Part shown: positions 13,207 through 25,150 of the stretch, piece after piece
Position numbering within the stretch: the stretch's first letter is position 1
Layout: every line of letters starts with the position of its first letter
Source: Azolla caroliniana
Lineage: Eukaryota > Plantae > Polypodiophyta
Length of the DNA: 64,000 nt
Reading direction: 5' to 3'
Assembly (NCBI GenBank): GCA_043228905.1
Contig: JBHGNT010000007.1
Coordinates: forward strand, 7,812,001 to 7,876,000
Translations under genes and position numbers: made by a program
The notes under the pieces: model-generated
What the model was told of the DNA's origin: nothing
The model's input: only the letters and a program-made list of their open reading frames with translations
The model's database searches: none

Positions 13207-16200
13207 TGTCGTAGTGTATTTCGTACACTACGTGAAAAAGTAAAAATAATATAACCGATTTAATTACATATAAATAAATAAAATAAGAATATCAAGATAT
13301 TTATCACCAATAAATAAAATAAGAATATCAAGATATTTATCACGTGCATAGGGCAAGATTTGAACCTTGTACCTCCACGTAGCCAAACCTCAACTTTACC
13401 ATTATGCTACCTTATCTTTAGTGTTCTACAAATAGATTTAATAACTATAAGTGCTTTATTTGCACCTACCTTTATTAAAAGGTAAATCGTGCATTTTTAG
13501 AGTGCGTGAATATTTTATAGAAAAACGCAAGCAACTAAAAAGTGACTCATGCACATCTAGCGTGCATGAGCACTATATTTAGCAAATAAAAGCAAGGATT
13601 AAGAAAGCATCACATGCACATTTAGTGTGCATGAACATATTAGAAAAAAGCATGTAGCTATGCTTAGTCTCTCCCATCACTATATAAGGATGGGGAGCAC
13701 ATTGTAGTTTTTGTTGATTATTTTTCTATAATGATCAATCAATCTAAAATATTCGTGGGATTCACGAATTTGCGAAAATAATTCTCTCTTACTACCTAAA
13801 TATTGACTAAATATACTAAACTCGTGGGATTCACGAGATTCTTATCTTATAACTCTTTATACCTATTCTTTACTAGCCTTATTTGTATTTTTCTTTCTCC
13901 TAGTCCAAAACCTCGGCGGTTCCCACCCGACTCACGCAACGATCCGGAGCCGAAAGACACGACACAGTTGGTGAACCCGACGTGAAGGCGGGTGGCAAGG
14001 AGATGGAGAATCAACAAGAGGCAATGAGTATAACGATGATGATGATGTTCGAGCAGATGCTACAAGAACAACGAGTGATGTCGGAGATCACGGGGGCAGT
14101 AAAGCGGCTCGTACAACGAAACGGACAATTCAACGGAAACGATGTGTCACGCTATCTACGTGACTACAAGGCGGAGATGATACGATGTGGGATACCGGAA
14201 GGATTGCAAGTGACATCCTTCAATCGGGTGGCCACGGATGAGCTACAAGAGAGAGTCCACAAGATACGGCAACCAAACTCGACATGGGGGTCATTCGAAG
14301 AAGCTTTACGAGAGGCATATGATTACAAGAGATCGAAGGGAAAAGATCGGCGAGAATTCGACGAATGGGTGGCATCGGAGAAGACCCACCGAAGTGCAAC
14401 ACAAGCATTCCTAGAGTTCGAGCATCGTCTTGCTCAACTCTCGGAGCGGGAACAACGATTGGTGGGAGAGGATAAAGTCCTAATGTTCGTAAAATCGATC
14501 GATCGAAAAGAAAGGATGGACACCGGGATCGAACTTGAAGACGATGAAGGTACGAATGGTCTTACCGAAGATTGGGCCGAAGTCCAAAGGGTATGCCGGA
14601 GACATGATGAGAGGAAGATGAGAATCTTGTCAACAACATGGCCGATGAAGGATGGTCGATTGAAGACAAACGATGGAGCCGATATGAAGGCCGAAATACA
14701 ACATGATGGTGCGACGGAAGAGGGTGTAAAACAAGCTACCCTCTTGTCTTGCGAAAGAACAACGACAAAGGATAAGGCCGATAACCCAAGTGTAGAAGAA
14801 GATTTCAGAATACAAGTGTCCGAAACATTGGGTGAAAAAGGGGTAAGCATAATTGATGCAGTGAAAGAGAGCAAGGAGGACTTGATTGAGGAGGTTACCA
14901 TGAAAGATGACATTGAATTGAAGGTGGCTATGGACGAATCAACGACGGATGGCCATATCGAGACTTCCCCACCACTAATTCCAGAGACTCCGGCGGTTGC
15001 GTTCGAAAGGCAACATGAGACCGAAGAGACGGAAGGTGGCGGAGAGAAAACAAAGGTCGAAGTCGATGCATACGACGGAGAGATAGCCGAGAATATGGCT
15101 ATGGGTGAAACAATGGAGGATGATAATACCGAGGATTCCTACCCACTAATTCTAGAGACTTCGGCAGTTGTGTCCGAGAACCAACGTGAGACCGGAGAGA
15201 CGGGAGGTGGCAGCAAGAAAGGTAAAGTCGGAAGCCGGTTTGGATGGAAGGTGATCTGGACGGGATTCCGATCCGAAAGAAAGCCGAACCGAAAGGAAGA
15301 GAATTCGGCCGAAAGACGACACAAACGAAAGCCGAACCGGGCGAATGAGGATTCGGCCGAAAGACGACCCGAAAAGGGGTCGACTCGGTCAAAACCGATC
15401 GACTGAGTCTGACTTGGCTGAACGCGAATATGGATGGAAGCCGACCTAGCCGAAAGCCGATCGGACAGAAGCTAATCCGACTCAATCGGAGGTTGGACCG
15501 GTCAAGGCTGGTGAAAACGAGGAAAAGAAAGCCAACCAAAACCGAAACCGATAGATCGAAACCGGGCCGGAAGGAGACCGACTCAATCGAAACCGAACAA
15601 CCGATTCCGATTCGGCCGAATACGAATCCGATCAGAAGCCGATCAAACCGAAAGTCGATCGGACGAGAGCGATCCGGAAAAAAGTCAAGGTTGATGAAGA
15701 CAAGAAAGAGGCCAGTAAAAGACACTACCACGAATGACAAGGGCCAAGAGTATGACGAGAGAGAACAAAGAATATGGTGGATCGGATGGCGACAATGGTT
15801 CGGGTGGAAAGAATGGGTCTACTCAAAATGGAGAGACAAAGTTGACATAGCGGGACAAACGGAGGATGAAGGGGAGACAACAAGCATCGGCAACTTCGGC
15901 ACATACCGGAGGATGTGCGGGTTCGGAGGGGGCGAGTGTCGTAGTGTATTTCGTACACTACGTGAAAAAGTAAAAATAATATAACCGATTTAATTACATA
16001 TAAATAAATAAAATAAGAATATCAAGATATTTATCACCAATAAATAAAATAAGAATATCAAGATATTTATCACGTGCATAGGGCAAGATTTGAACCTTGT
16101 ACCTCCACGTAGCCAAACCTCAACTTTACCATTATGCTACCTTATCTTTAGTGTTCTACAAATAGATTTAATAACTATAAGTGCTTTATTTGCACCTACC

Positions 16201-16694
16201 TTTATTAAAAGGTAAATCGTGCATTTTTAGAGTGCGTGAATATTTTATAGAAAAACGCAAGCAACTAAAAAGTGACTCATGCACATCTAGCGTGCATGAG
16301 CACTATATTTAGCAAATAAAAGCAAGGATTAAGAAAGCATCACATGCACATTTAGTGTGCATGAACATATTAGAAAAAAGCATGTAGCTATGCTTAGTCT
16401 CTCCCATCACAATATAAGGATGGGGAGCACATTGTAGTTTTTGTTGATTATTTTTCTATAATGATCAATCAATCTAAAATATTCGTGGGATTCACGAATT
16501 TGCGAAAATAATTCTCTCTTACTACCTAAATATTGACTAAATATACTAAACTCGTGGGATTCACGAGATTCTTATCTTATAACTCTTTATACCTATTCTT
16601 TACTAGCCTTATTTGTATTTTTCTTTCTCCTAGTCCAAAACCTCGGCGGTTCCCACCCGACTCACGCAACGATCCGGAGCCGAAAGACACGACA
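13207..16694 (+). mobile_element. Young non-autonomous gypsy element D (gag only, no pol); 758-bp LTRs at 13207-13964 and 15937-16694; 4-bp TSD GCGT
   Basis: Only one LTR mismatch seen (13681 T vs 16411 A); PBS TGGTGAACCCGACGTGA at 13969; PPT GGAGGGGGCGAG; GCGT at 13203-13206 and 16695-16698. Confidence 0.95.
14003..15406 (+). CDS. Gag-like protein with a long acidic then basic tail (element D)
   Basis: Open ORF containing GQFNGNDVSRYLRDY, homologous to the gag starts at 21333 (GRFNGDKVPSYL) and ~26960 (GRFSGKDATSYL). No PR, RT or INT motifs. Confidence 0.8.
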   Translation: MENQQEAMSITMMMMFEQMLQEQRVMSEITGAVKRLVQRNGQFNGNDVSRYLRDYKAEMIRCGIPEGLQVTSFNRVATDELQERVHKIRQPNSTWGSFEEALREAYDYKRSKGKDRREFDEWVASEKTHRSATQAFLEFEHRLAQLSEREQRLVGEDKVLMFVKSIDRKERMDTGIELEDDEGTNGLTEDWAEVQRVCRRHDERKMRILSTTWPMKDGRLKTNDGADMKAEIQHDGATEEGVKQATLLSCERTTTKDKADNPSVEEDFRIQVSETLGEKGVSIIDAVKESKEDLIEEVTMKDDIELKVAMDESTTDGHIETSPPLIPETPAVAFERQHETEETEGGGEKTKVEVDAYDGEIAENMAMGETMEDDNTEDSYPLILETSAVVSENQRETGETGGGSKKGKVGSRFGWKVIWTGFRSERKPNRKEENSAERRHKRKPNRANEDSAERRPEKGSTRSKPID

Positions 16695-16698
16695 GCGT

Positions 16699-16920
16699 AT
16701 TTGCGGACGAGTGCGTGGATGCGTACACTACGGCGCGGTCAAGACTTTTGCACGCGGATGCATACACGGTGCGGGTTGGACGCGCGTGCGCGTGGATGCG
16801 TACACTACGGTGCGGTTGGGACGTGCACATGCGTGGATGTGTACACTACTACGTGGTCGGGACTTTTGTGCGCGGACACGTCGACGGTTTGGTTGCGACA
16901 CACGTACGGATTGCCCACGG
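16699..16920 (+). repeat. CpG-rich degenerate ~44-bp tandem repeat inside the E LTR (other part at 13080-13206)
   Basis: Recurrent GGATGCGTACACTACGG..CGGT.GGAC units. Confidence 0.75.
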
Positions 16921-19900
16921 GCTAAACTTTATGGATGATTGTGTCATTTGGCCGAATTATATGGACAATCGCATGCAACCAAAAGCCAAGGCCATGCAAT
17001 TAAAAGTAAAAGGCATGCATCTAAAAATGGAAGCATGCAACTAAAAGCAGAGGCGATGCAACTAAAAATAGAGGCCATCCAACTAAAAGTGGGCATGCAA
17101 AGTAACATTAGGGAGGAGGATCAACGAGGAGCTTGATATATGTCCCATTTTTTCCCTCCTAGTTTTTTTTTTCCCTTCTTTCTTCTTCCCTCTCGGATTC
17201 GAGAAACAAATTATCTCACATATTGATATCAAACTCCTAGCTTTGTTTACTCAATTTTTCTGGTCAAAAAATTATCTCTCGTATTCATATCGGACCACTC
17301 TTTGCATGGTTGTTGGCTCCTTTCTTTGAAAAATTAATCTCTCATTTCCATACCCAACCCATTGTAACACGATTCTGAAATTATAAAGAATCAATTTTCT
17401 TTTGCAATAAACTAATGATTTGTTTCTCCCACTTGTCTTATGCTTAAAACTTGCTTGTGTTGTACGTGTTGCACTAAATCCTTCTAGTCCAGAACCCCGG
17501 CGGTTCCGTCTCACGATCCGCACATAGTGACGGATTTTCACGACATAATTAAGTGGTGAACCCGATGTGAAAGAGGTGGTAGGGAGGATATCAAGTGCAA
17601 CGATGACTTCCACAAGCGGAACTCAAAGAGAGGAATTAACGAAAGGCATGGTGTCCGTAGTGGAATACATGTTGAAGGTGAGATATCGAGATCTCCACAC
17701 ATATATACTATCAAAAACAAGACCAAATATAAGATGTGGCATTTATCAAGATACTGCTAACTTAGCCTTGTCACTAACACCTTTACTAGGTAGAAGACCA
17801 CATCTAAAAACGAAAACAATGTCCACCCTGGCTGGTAGTTTGAAAACTTCTTGTTCGCCTTCTACGAGTATCCAACTTTTCGATGGTTCAATCCCACAAA
17901 GACCAACAACTTTAAAGGAGAGGAGGGCGACCATGTCATCAAATGAACCACATAATACATGATATTCCCTGTCCTCGAACATCACCAATTTCCTAACAAA
18001 GTTGCTCCTACATCATCGCTTTAGTGCATGAAGGAGACAGATGGGACTACGACAAGCTGTAGAGAACAAAACAACCGCATCAAAGGAAACAAGGGAAGGA
18101 AACAAGTCACAAAGCAAAAAGGTTTAAAGGCCATATAGCCCAAAAGGACCAAAGGCCATCAACAAGCTGAAATAGTGGAAAGTTGATCGCAGGACCAACT
18201 GGCTAAAAAACTGAAGAGCTAAAGGCCAAAGAACCAAGGAGTCGAAGGAGGAAGAGCTAATAGGCCGAAATGCTGACTTGACCCGACTCGATAACTAGTT
18301 TATATCTTGTAAAATTCCTTAATTATATTGTAATTTAAGTTTACCGGGGAGATCACCCCCTAATTTGTTGTAACGATATGAGTAGTCCTTTTATGGGGGT
18401 GTTTGTTCGACTAGAAGTCCTACTTGACCCATTTCTCTCTTTAGTGTGAATACTCCTCTCTTGAGTGTGAATACTCCTCTCTTTATTGTGAACTAAGTCT
18501 TATAATGGCTCAGGGGGTGTTTTGAATGTAACAGTCGTTTTCTCTCTCTGGCTATTGTGTAACTATGTGTCTCTCTCATTATATCCTTGTCTTGTGATTA
18601 AATAGTACACCATCTTTCTTACTTGCTTAATGTTTGCTAGTTCCTACTAACAAGATTCATATACATATTCCACACGAATGGACCAACGCACCATATAGTG
18701 TCATCACATGTACCTATCATTCTTTCTATTCAATCTCTAGTTCCTTTCTAACATTAGTGAACATACCCTTAACTTATTTTTTGTAAATATTTGTCACCTA
18801 CCCTCACCTACATTATATATGCATAACAATGATTTTTTCTTCTAATGTGCAAAAGAATATGTGTGGAAGCTTAACAGACACAACTGGGTAACAATAGACA
18901 AAAGACAACAAAGGTTTAATGGAAAGCTTAATCAACACAGCATACACAGGAGAGACAGAAAGAGCAGAACACAAATAACTCTATTCCAAAACAATACTCT
19001 AAAACTCTGTACATAGGATGTGCTCAGAGAGCACTTTTATACAAGTCCATACGGACTGACAGAAGTACTAACATGTTGTCATGAGGATTGTCGGCCATGG
19101 TGAGAAAACACGAGTGGGAGGAATAAAACAAGATGTGCAACATTGCACATGAACTTAAGAAAATTGTAACATAGGAATAATAGACAAATGTAAGGAGGAA
19201 AAGTAAGATGTAAAGGTATAAAGGTGATGTGCACTTTGTAGAGTAGAGGGAGGCACATGAAGTATGGGTGTAGGGAGTAGTGGGCATTGAGTATGTTGGT
19301 GAGAGGAGAGGGAGTTAAGACCCCTCAATCTCACCTCCTAAGATTGAGGTCAAATACTCACCTTTGAAAGAAAGGGGATTTGACCACTCCTTTTTGTAAT
19401 GTGTCTCACCCCTTATTACTATAAAAGGGAGTGAGGGGTCACTTTTGAGGGGCTTCCACTTTTTTTGGGTTTCTTTGGGTTGCCATTAGGGTTTCGTAAT
19501 TTTGGGTTTTAGGATCTCGTTTTAGGGGTTTCATTCATCTTCTTCTTCTTCATCATCATCATCTTCTTCATCTTCTTCTTATTCTTCTTCTCCCCTATCC
19601 GGTTAGGGTTTCATCTAGAGGGTTTACATTCGGCCTACGCTACCATGGTTGTAATCCATGTGGTGTTTTCATAATATAATCATTCGATGAATCTTGTCTT
19701 GTCTTGTCTCTAATCTTAATCTCTCGAATCTTGATCTTTCTCTTCCTTCTCGGTTGAACTCCCAAGCTTCTCTCCCTTCTCTTAATCCCTAGTCCAAGAC
19801 CCCCATGGTCCCGCCCCTTTTCGACACGCACACACGGATTTCCGTGACATTTGGTGAACCCGACGTGAAAGGGCGGCAAGGGAGGATGAGGATGGAAGCT

Positions 19901-21332
19901 TTATGGGAGGCGTACGGGTACGAGAAAGCGGAGGGGCAAGGTCGGCATGAGTTCGATCGATGGGTGGCCGGAGGAGCCACAACGAGTGACCGACAATAGT
20001 GGACAGGTTGAACCTTTGAGAGGCAAGTACGAGACGGAGGACAAAGCGGTGAGTTGCCGAGATCGACGGGTGAACGATGTGAGCGGAAAGTTATGTCTTG
20101 GAAACCAGAGGATGTGCGTGGAGGACAAAGGGCTATGCACCGGGAAGAGAAAACACGGCATCCCGGAGGACGTGCAGGGCCAAGCGGGCCAAGAGGGCGT
20201 GGGCCGAGACAAAGCGGTAACGAGAGCCGCAAAGGACGCTGAAGCGAGGGACACCAACACAGATGTCAAGATGGAGGTACGCTCTACCGCGAGAGAGCAC
20301 CACGAGCAAGGGAGAAACAAGGGGCGCGTATTGTACTCACATAAGGACCTAAGAGCGAGCATGTATTCAGAGGACAACAATGACACATGGGTAGAGCCTA
20401 TGGGAGGCAAGCGCGGAACAGAGAGAGGATGCACGCCGAGGTGCTTGGGACGAGGAGGCCTTCGAGCCGAAGGAGGAACACATGCGGTACGCAAGGGGCA
20501 GACTCCACCGTCTGATCAGAGTAATCGGGAGTGCGTTGTCGTGAAGAATTTCGGCCAGAGGCGGAAACCGGGAAACATTGGCTACATCGGCGGGGTGCAG
20601 CATGTGTGCTCATCCTTGTACATATAGTGTGAATAACGAGGGCGCCTTTATGACGCCGAAGAGTAGTCAAGTCGGGACAGATGATCCCATGTAAGTCGGG
20701 ATTTATCCCACATTGTAACGCATCCCTCTCCTTGTTCTATAAAAGGAAGGGAGCGCCCTTTGTGAAAGGGTTGCCCATTTTGCGTTAGAGGGTATACCGT
20801 TAGATTTAGGGTTAGTTACATTTCTTCTTCTTCTTCTTCTTCTTCTTCTCCCCCCCCCTTCGTGTTCGCTTAGGGTTTGCTTCAGCTCGTCTCCTGCGCA
20901 AGACCCCGCTCGGCGCGACAAGCCCGTGAGCTCCCCGACCGGCGGCTTGGCAGCCGACGACTATTGTAACCTACCTTGGTCCGGCTCGAAGCCGGGAATG
21001 TATTCTTCCTTTTATATACATACATTTGCGTCTGTCTGTGTATATCCGTGTCTCTGTTGGTGTCGGGTGCTTCCCCTTTCCTGCGTTTCCTGTACATAAG
21101 GGCGTGAGTCGGGTCGGCCTCTGTGTGTGTGTGTGTGTGTGCTCCCTCTCTTTCTCTCTCTCCCTTCGGTTGCTTCCGGTGTGCTCCTGGGATGCCCCGG
21201 AAACGGAGAAGTACGACTTCCTACGCTCCGTCACTCCCTAGTCCAAGACCCCCGTGGTCCCGCCTTTCTCCACGCACACGCGTAACAACGCGACATCTTT
21301 GGTGAACCCGACGTGAAAGGCGGCAAGGGAGG

Positions 21333-22700
21333 ATGGAGTCGGAAGATGATGAGCTTGCGGTGATGGTGGCCGAAGTGGTATTGGAGTCGGCACGAGTGGT
21401 GATGAGGCGAGAAGCAACGCAACAAGCGGTTGAGCGAGTGGTCGAAAGAGTCGGCCGTTTCAACGGGGACAAAGTCCCATCTTACTTGGGAGCCTACAAC
21501 GCGGATATGGAGGAGCGTGGCGTAGATGAGGCGTTGAGGCTGGAGTTCTTCTGTCGGGTCGTAGCTGTCCGGATGCATGCGGAAGTAAAGGAGCTCCGTG
21601 AGGCTCATAGTTCGTGGGAGGCCTTCGAAGAGGTGCTCCTGAAGGCATACGGAGGACGGCGGAAGAGCATGGGACGACACGACTTCGACCAGTGGGTAGC
21701 ATCAGCAAAGACCCACCGAGGCGCGACGAAGGCGTTCCGAGAGTTCGAGCGACGGCTTGCTCGGCTCCCGGAGCGGGAACAAGGTTTGGTGGGGACGGAC
21801 AAGGTCCTATTGTTCGTTAGGTCGATCGACCGAGCGGAACGGGAGGCCATCGGGATGGAGCTCGAAGACGATGACGGAGCGAATGGGCTTACGGAGGACT
21901 GGTCGAAGGTCGGAAGGGTGTGCCAATAGCTAGACAATGAGCGAGCCGGGAAGGCTAAGAGGAAGGGGCGCGACGGCGTGCCATCACAACGGGAAGAGGC
22001 CGAACGGCAAAGAGAGTCGGCAAGGGTCGGCGTTGGGGCCAGGATTGCGGAGGCGTATGCAGCTCTCGAGGCGATGCTCGAGGAAGAGGAAAGATCGAGG
22101 CCGCAAGCCGAGACTGAGGAGACGGACCTGCCCCACGCGATGACGGAAGATCGATACGATGGTACCACGGGAGAGGGTGCGGAACAAAACGCCCTCTCGA
22201 CTTGCGGAGATAGAACGGTCAAGGACGAGGCCGAGATACCGATCGCGGGATCGGAACGTTGGAACCAGCGGTTTCGGGCGTGTCAGCCTGAAACCCCGGA
22301 CATTGGAGAAGCAAGCCCAGGTGGGGCTTACGCGATTGGTAAGGAGACGACCGCCGACCATGAAGAGCCGGTGGCTACAGACAAGGGCGTAAACCAGACG
22401 GGCGATTCTTTGAGCCTTCCCACACTTGCTCCCGAGACGATGGCAGTTGGGCCCGAGTGCCCACGTGAGTCCCAAGCGGAGGAAGGCGGTGGCGAGAGAC
22501 CAAGAATCACTAGCGACACGATGCGGGAAAGGAGCGGACGAAAGCCCCCAGACCCGATTCCGGAGAACTCGGCATTCGGGCCCGTATACCCGTGTAAGAC
22601 CGAGGAGATGGATGGCGGTACCGAGGAGTCCTGGCACGATGCCAGCGAAGATGGGTGGGAGATGGCCAGCGAAAAGGTCGACGAAGAGACCAAGGAATGA
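21333..22700 (+). pseudogene. Gag-like ORF of element C with one premature stop (21927-21929)
   Basis: ORFs 21333-21929 and 21978-22700 share a frame; close homologue of the D ORF (FDQWVASAKTHRGAT, ELEDDDGANGLTEDW). Confidence 0.8.
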
Positions 22701-25150
22701 CCCGACCGGGGACCGAACCGCGCGATGCTCCGATACGGGTGGAGCGTAATCCGGTCGTGGATCATTCGATCGGGGCCGGATTCGGCATGAAAGTGCCGAT
22801 ACGGAAGAGGGTGTGGGACGAGCCGCCCTCTTTTACATGGGGAGAAAGACCGACCGGGCGAAGGTCGGGAATTGGAAGGGAAGTGGTCAAAGGTTCGGAA
22901 CGAGTCTGGCAAGGTCGGCATCGGAGCTGAAACTCCGGACATTGGAGAATCAAGCTCAGGCGGGGCTTGATTGATCACAGAGCGGATGCTATCCACCGAC
23001 ACCACTAAAAGGGGCGGTGGTCCGGACGAGTCGCCGAAAGAGGTTGCAAAAATCGGTTACCCCACGTCCTATCCGGAGACTTCGGCAGTTCGGCCGACGT
23101 GGCAACGTGAGACTGAAAGAGATGGAGGATGGAGGCGAGAACGCGAAGAGGAGAACGAAGACTGGTCCCCACACCAGTCCGGAGGCCCCGGCAGTTCGGC
23201 CAACGTGGCAACGTGAGACCTAGGGAGAAGGCTGGTGGCGACAAGAGAACGGGACCCGACAATCCGGAGAAGGACGAACGGACCCGGACGAGAACCGGGC
23301 GGAGCGGACTCTCGGACGACCATTCCGGGAGGGAGGAAGAGAGCAGGCCTACGAAGAGACCGAGGAGACGGTACGTCGGTACCACGGGAGAGGGTGCGGA
23401 GTAAACCGCCCTCTCAACATGCGGAAAAGAAGAAAGACCCGGGATAGGGGTCAGAGATATGGCAAGCCCGAGGAGGATCCTTCACACCGGTTCTACAGAA
23501 ACCCGCGGTCCGCCCGAGAGCCGGCTGTCGGCCTAAAGTGACGAACGGTGGCGGCGAGGGGACGAAGGCAAAGGGCTACGGATGAGCGGTCTACAGAGAT
23601 CCTCACACCGATCCTGCGGTCGGCTCGAGAGCCAGCGTGAGTCCTATAGGAAAGGACAGTGGCAGCAGGTGAACGTGACCAACAGAAGAGAATGGCGAAG
23701 GCAGAGCGGAGCAGCTGTGACCTTACACACACCGATTCTAGAGACTCCGGCAGTCAACGACAAGAGGAGGCGTGAGACCTAAAGTAAGGGACAGTGGCGG
23801 CGGCAAGGCGAGCAACCGAAGCCATAAGGGGAGGTCCCACGAAGACACTCACACCGATCCGACAGTCGGCCCAAGTGCCGGCATGAGTCCTATAGGGGAG
23901 ATCGGTGGCGGCAGGAGAACGTGATCGGACGACAGGAGGCGACTAACGGCAAGGAAGTATGAGGCCGGCAAGGTGGCTACGGACCATCTCAAACCTTTCG
24001 GCGAGGTGAGTGGGCGTAAGGAAGTCCGGTCCTACGGGATCCCCACACCTAACCAGAGACTCTGGCAGTTCGGCCAACATGGCAACATGAGACCGAGAGA
24101 GGAGGTTGGTGGCGGTAGGAAACGGGACCCGACTACGCGGAAGACACGAGGAAAGTCCGGGAGGGACTGAAACAAAAGACACCTGGATCTCGACAAGTGA
24201 CAAAACAAAGACCGGTCCTATGGGACCCTCACACTGATCCGGAGATCCCGGTAGTTCGGCCAACGTGGCAACGTGAGACCTAGGGAGAAGGACGGTGGCG
24301 GCAGGGAACGGGACCAACCGACACGAGGTAGCGGATAGGGAGCCGGTAAGACGGGGCAGACGAAGTGCAAAACCCTCACCAACCGGTTACGGTTTCGAAA
24401 GGAGCCGGTAGGGGCAAACACGGGGAGGTGTGTCAAGCCGGAAAGGCACACCTGGGACGGAATAAGAGTCTCGCAAGTGGCCATCGCGGGCCGGATCAAA
24501 GCATGACTACGGGACAGTGTTCGGCACGGGCGGTGCCGAACAAAGGAAGTAGAAGACGGCACAAGGGAGGTGCCGGGAACGAGGTGACAAGTGCCTAGTG
24601 GACTGCACAGGGTCAGAGTCAGGGGATGGCAAGAGAGGCCGGAGGAGGATCCTCCACACTCACTTCGTAGATCTCGGTAGCTCCGTCGAAGTAGCAAAGA
24701 CTGACACGGCAAGCCGGGGTGACAAGCTGGTGGGGGCGAGGGGACGATGGCAAGCGGAAGACTCAGGACCTATTGCAGCAGCACGAAGACGGGAAGGGCC
24801 AAGCGGGCTACTACGGGGTGTTCCTCGGATGCGGAGGACACCAGTATGCGGGTGAGCGGCGATGCACGATCTGGCCGGGAAAGGGGCCGACAAGGCGTGC
24901 AATGAACCGGAGTACGGCACAGGCAGTGCCAAACAACGGACGAGGGTATGTGGCACACGGAGGTGCCGGAGCGGAAAGGCGAGCGCGGAGATAGGTTGCG
25001 CGGTTCGGAGGTAGCGCGTAGAAGGTCAGAAAAGGATCCTCCACACCGTTCCGGAGACCATGGCGGTTCGAGCCGACGCGGCGATGTAAGACCATGGAGA
25101 AGGAAGGTGGCGGCGAGAGGACGAAGGCAACGCGAAACAACATGGGACGG
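22420..25150 (+). repeat. Degenerate ~120-bp repeat family in the internal region of C
   Basis: Recurrent CCGGAGACTCCGGCAGTTCGGCC..CGTGGCAACGTGAGACC..GGAGAAGG.CGGTGGCG units, for example near 23073, 23199, 24053 and 24239. Confidence 0.75.

Larger units (their letters stand above)
12778..17740 (+). mobile_element. Gypsy element E remnant: 5' LTR (12778-13206 plus 16699-17545, split by element D), tRNA-Trp PBS at 17554, short decayed gag
   Basis: TGTCATGTGG...TTCACGACA termini; PBS TGGTGAACCCGATGTGA; U5 motif CTAGTCCAGAACCCCGGCGGTTCC shared with the other gypsy LTRs. Confidence 0.75.

Noticed and set aside
17740-18847. LTR-like and UTR-like debris; 18700-18830 resembles 48590-48710 in inverted orientation
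   Set aside because: Boundaries, PBS and TSD could not be defined; likely dispersed LTR fragments rather than a functional inverted repeat.
22420-25150. CRISPR-like repeat-spacer appearance
   Set aside because: The repeats are long, degenerate and irregularly spaced, in a eukaryotic retroelement with no cas genes.
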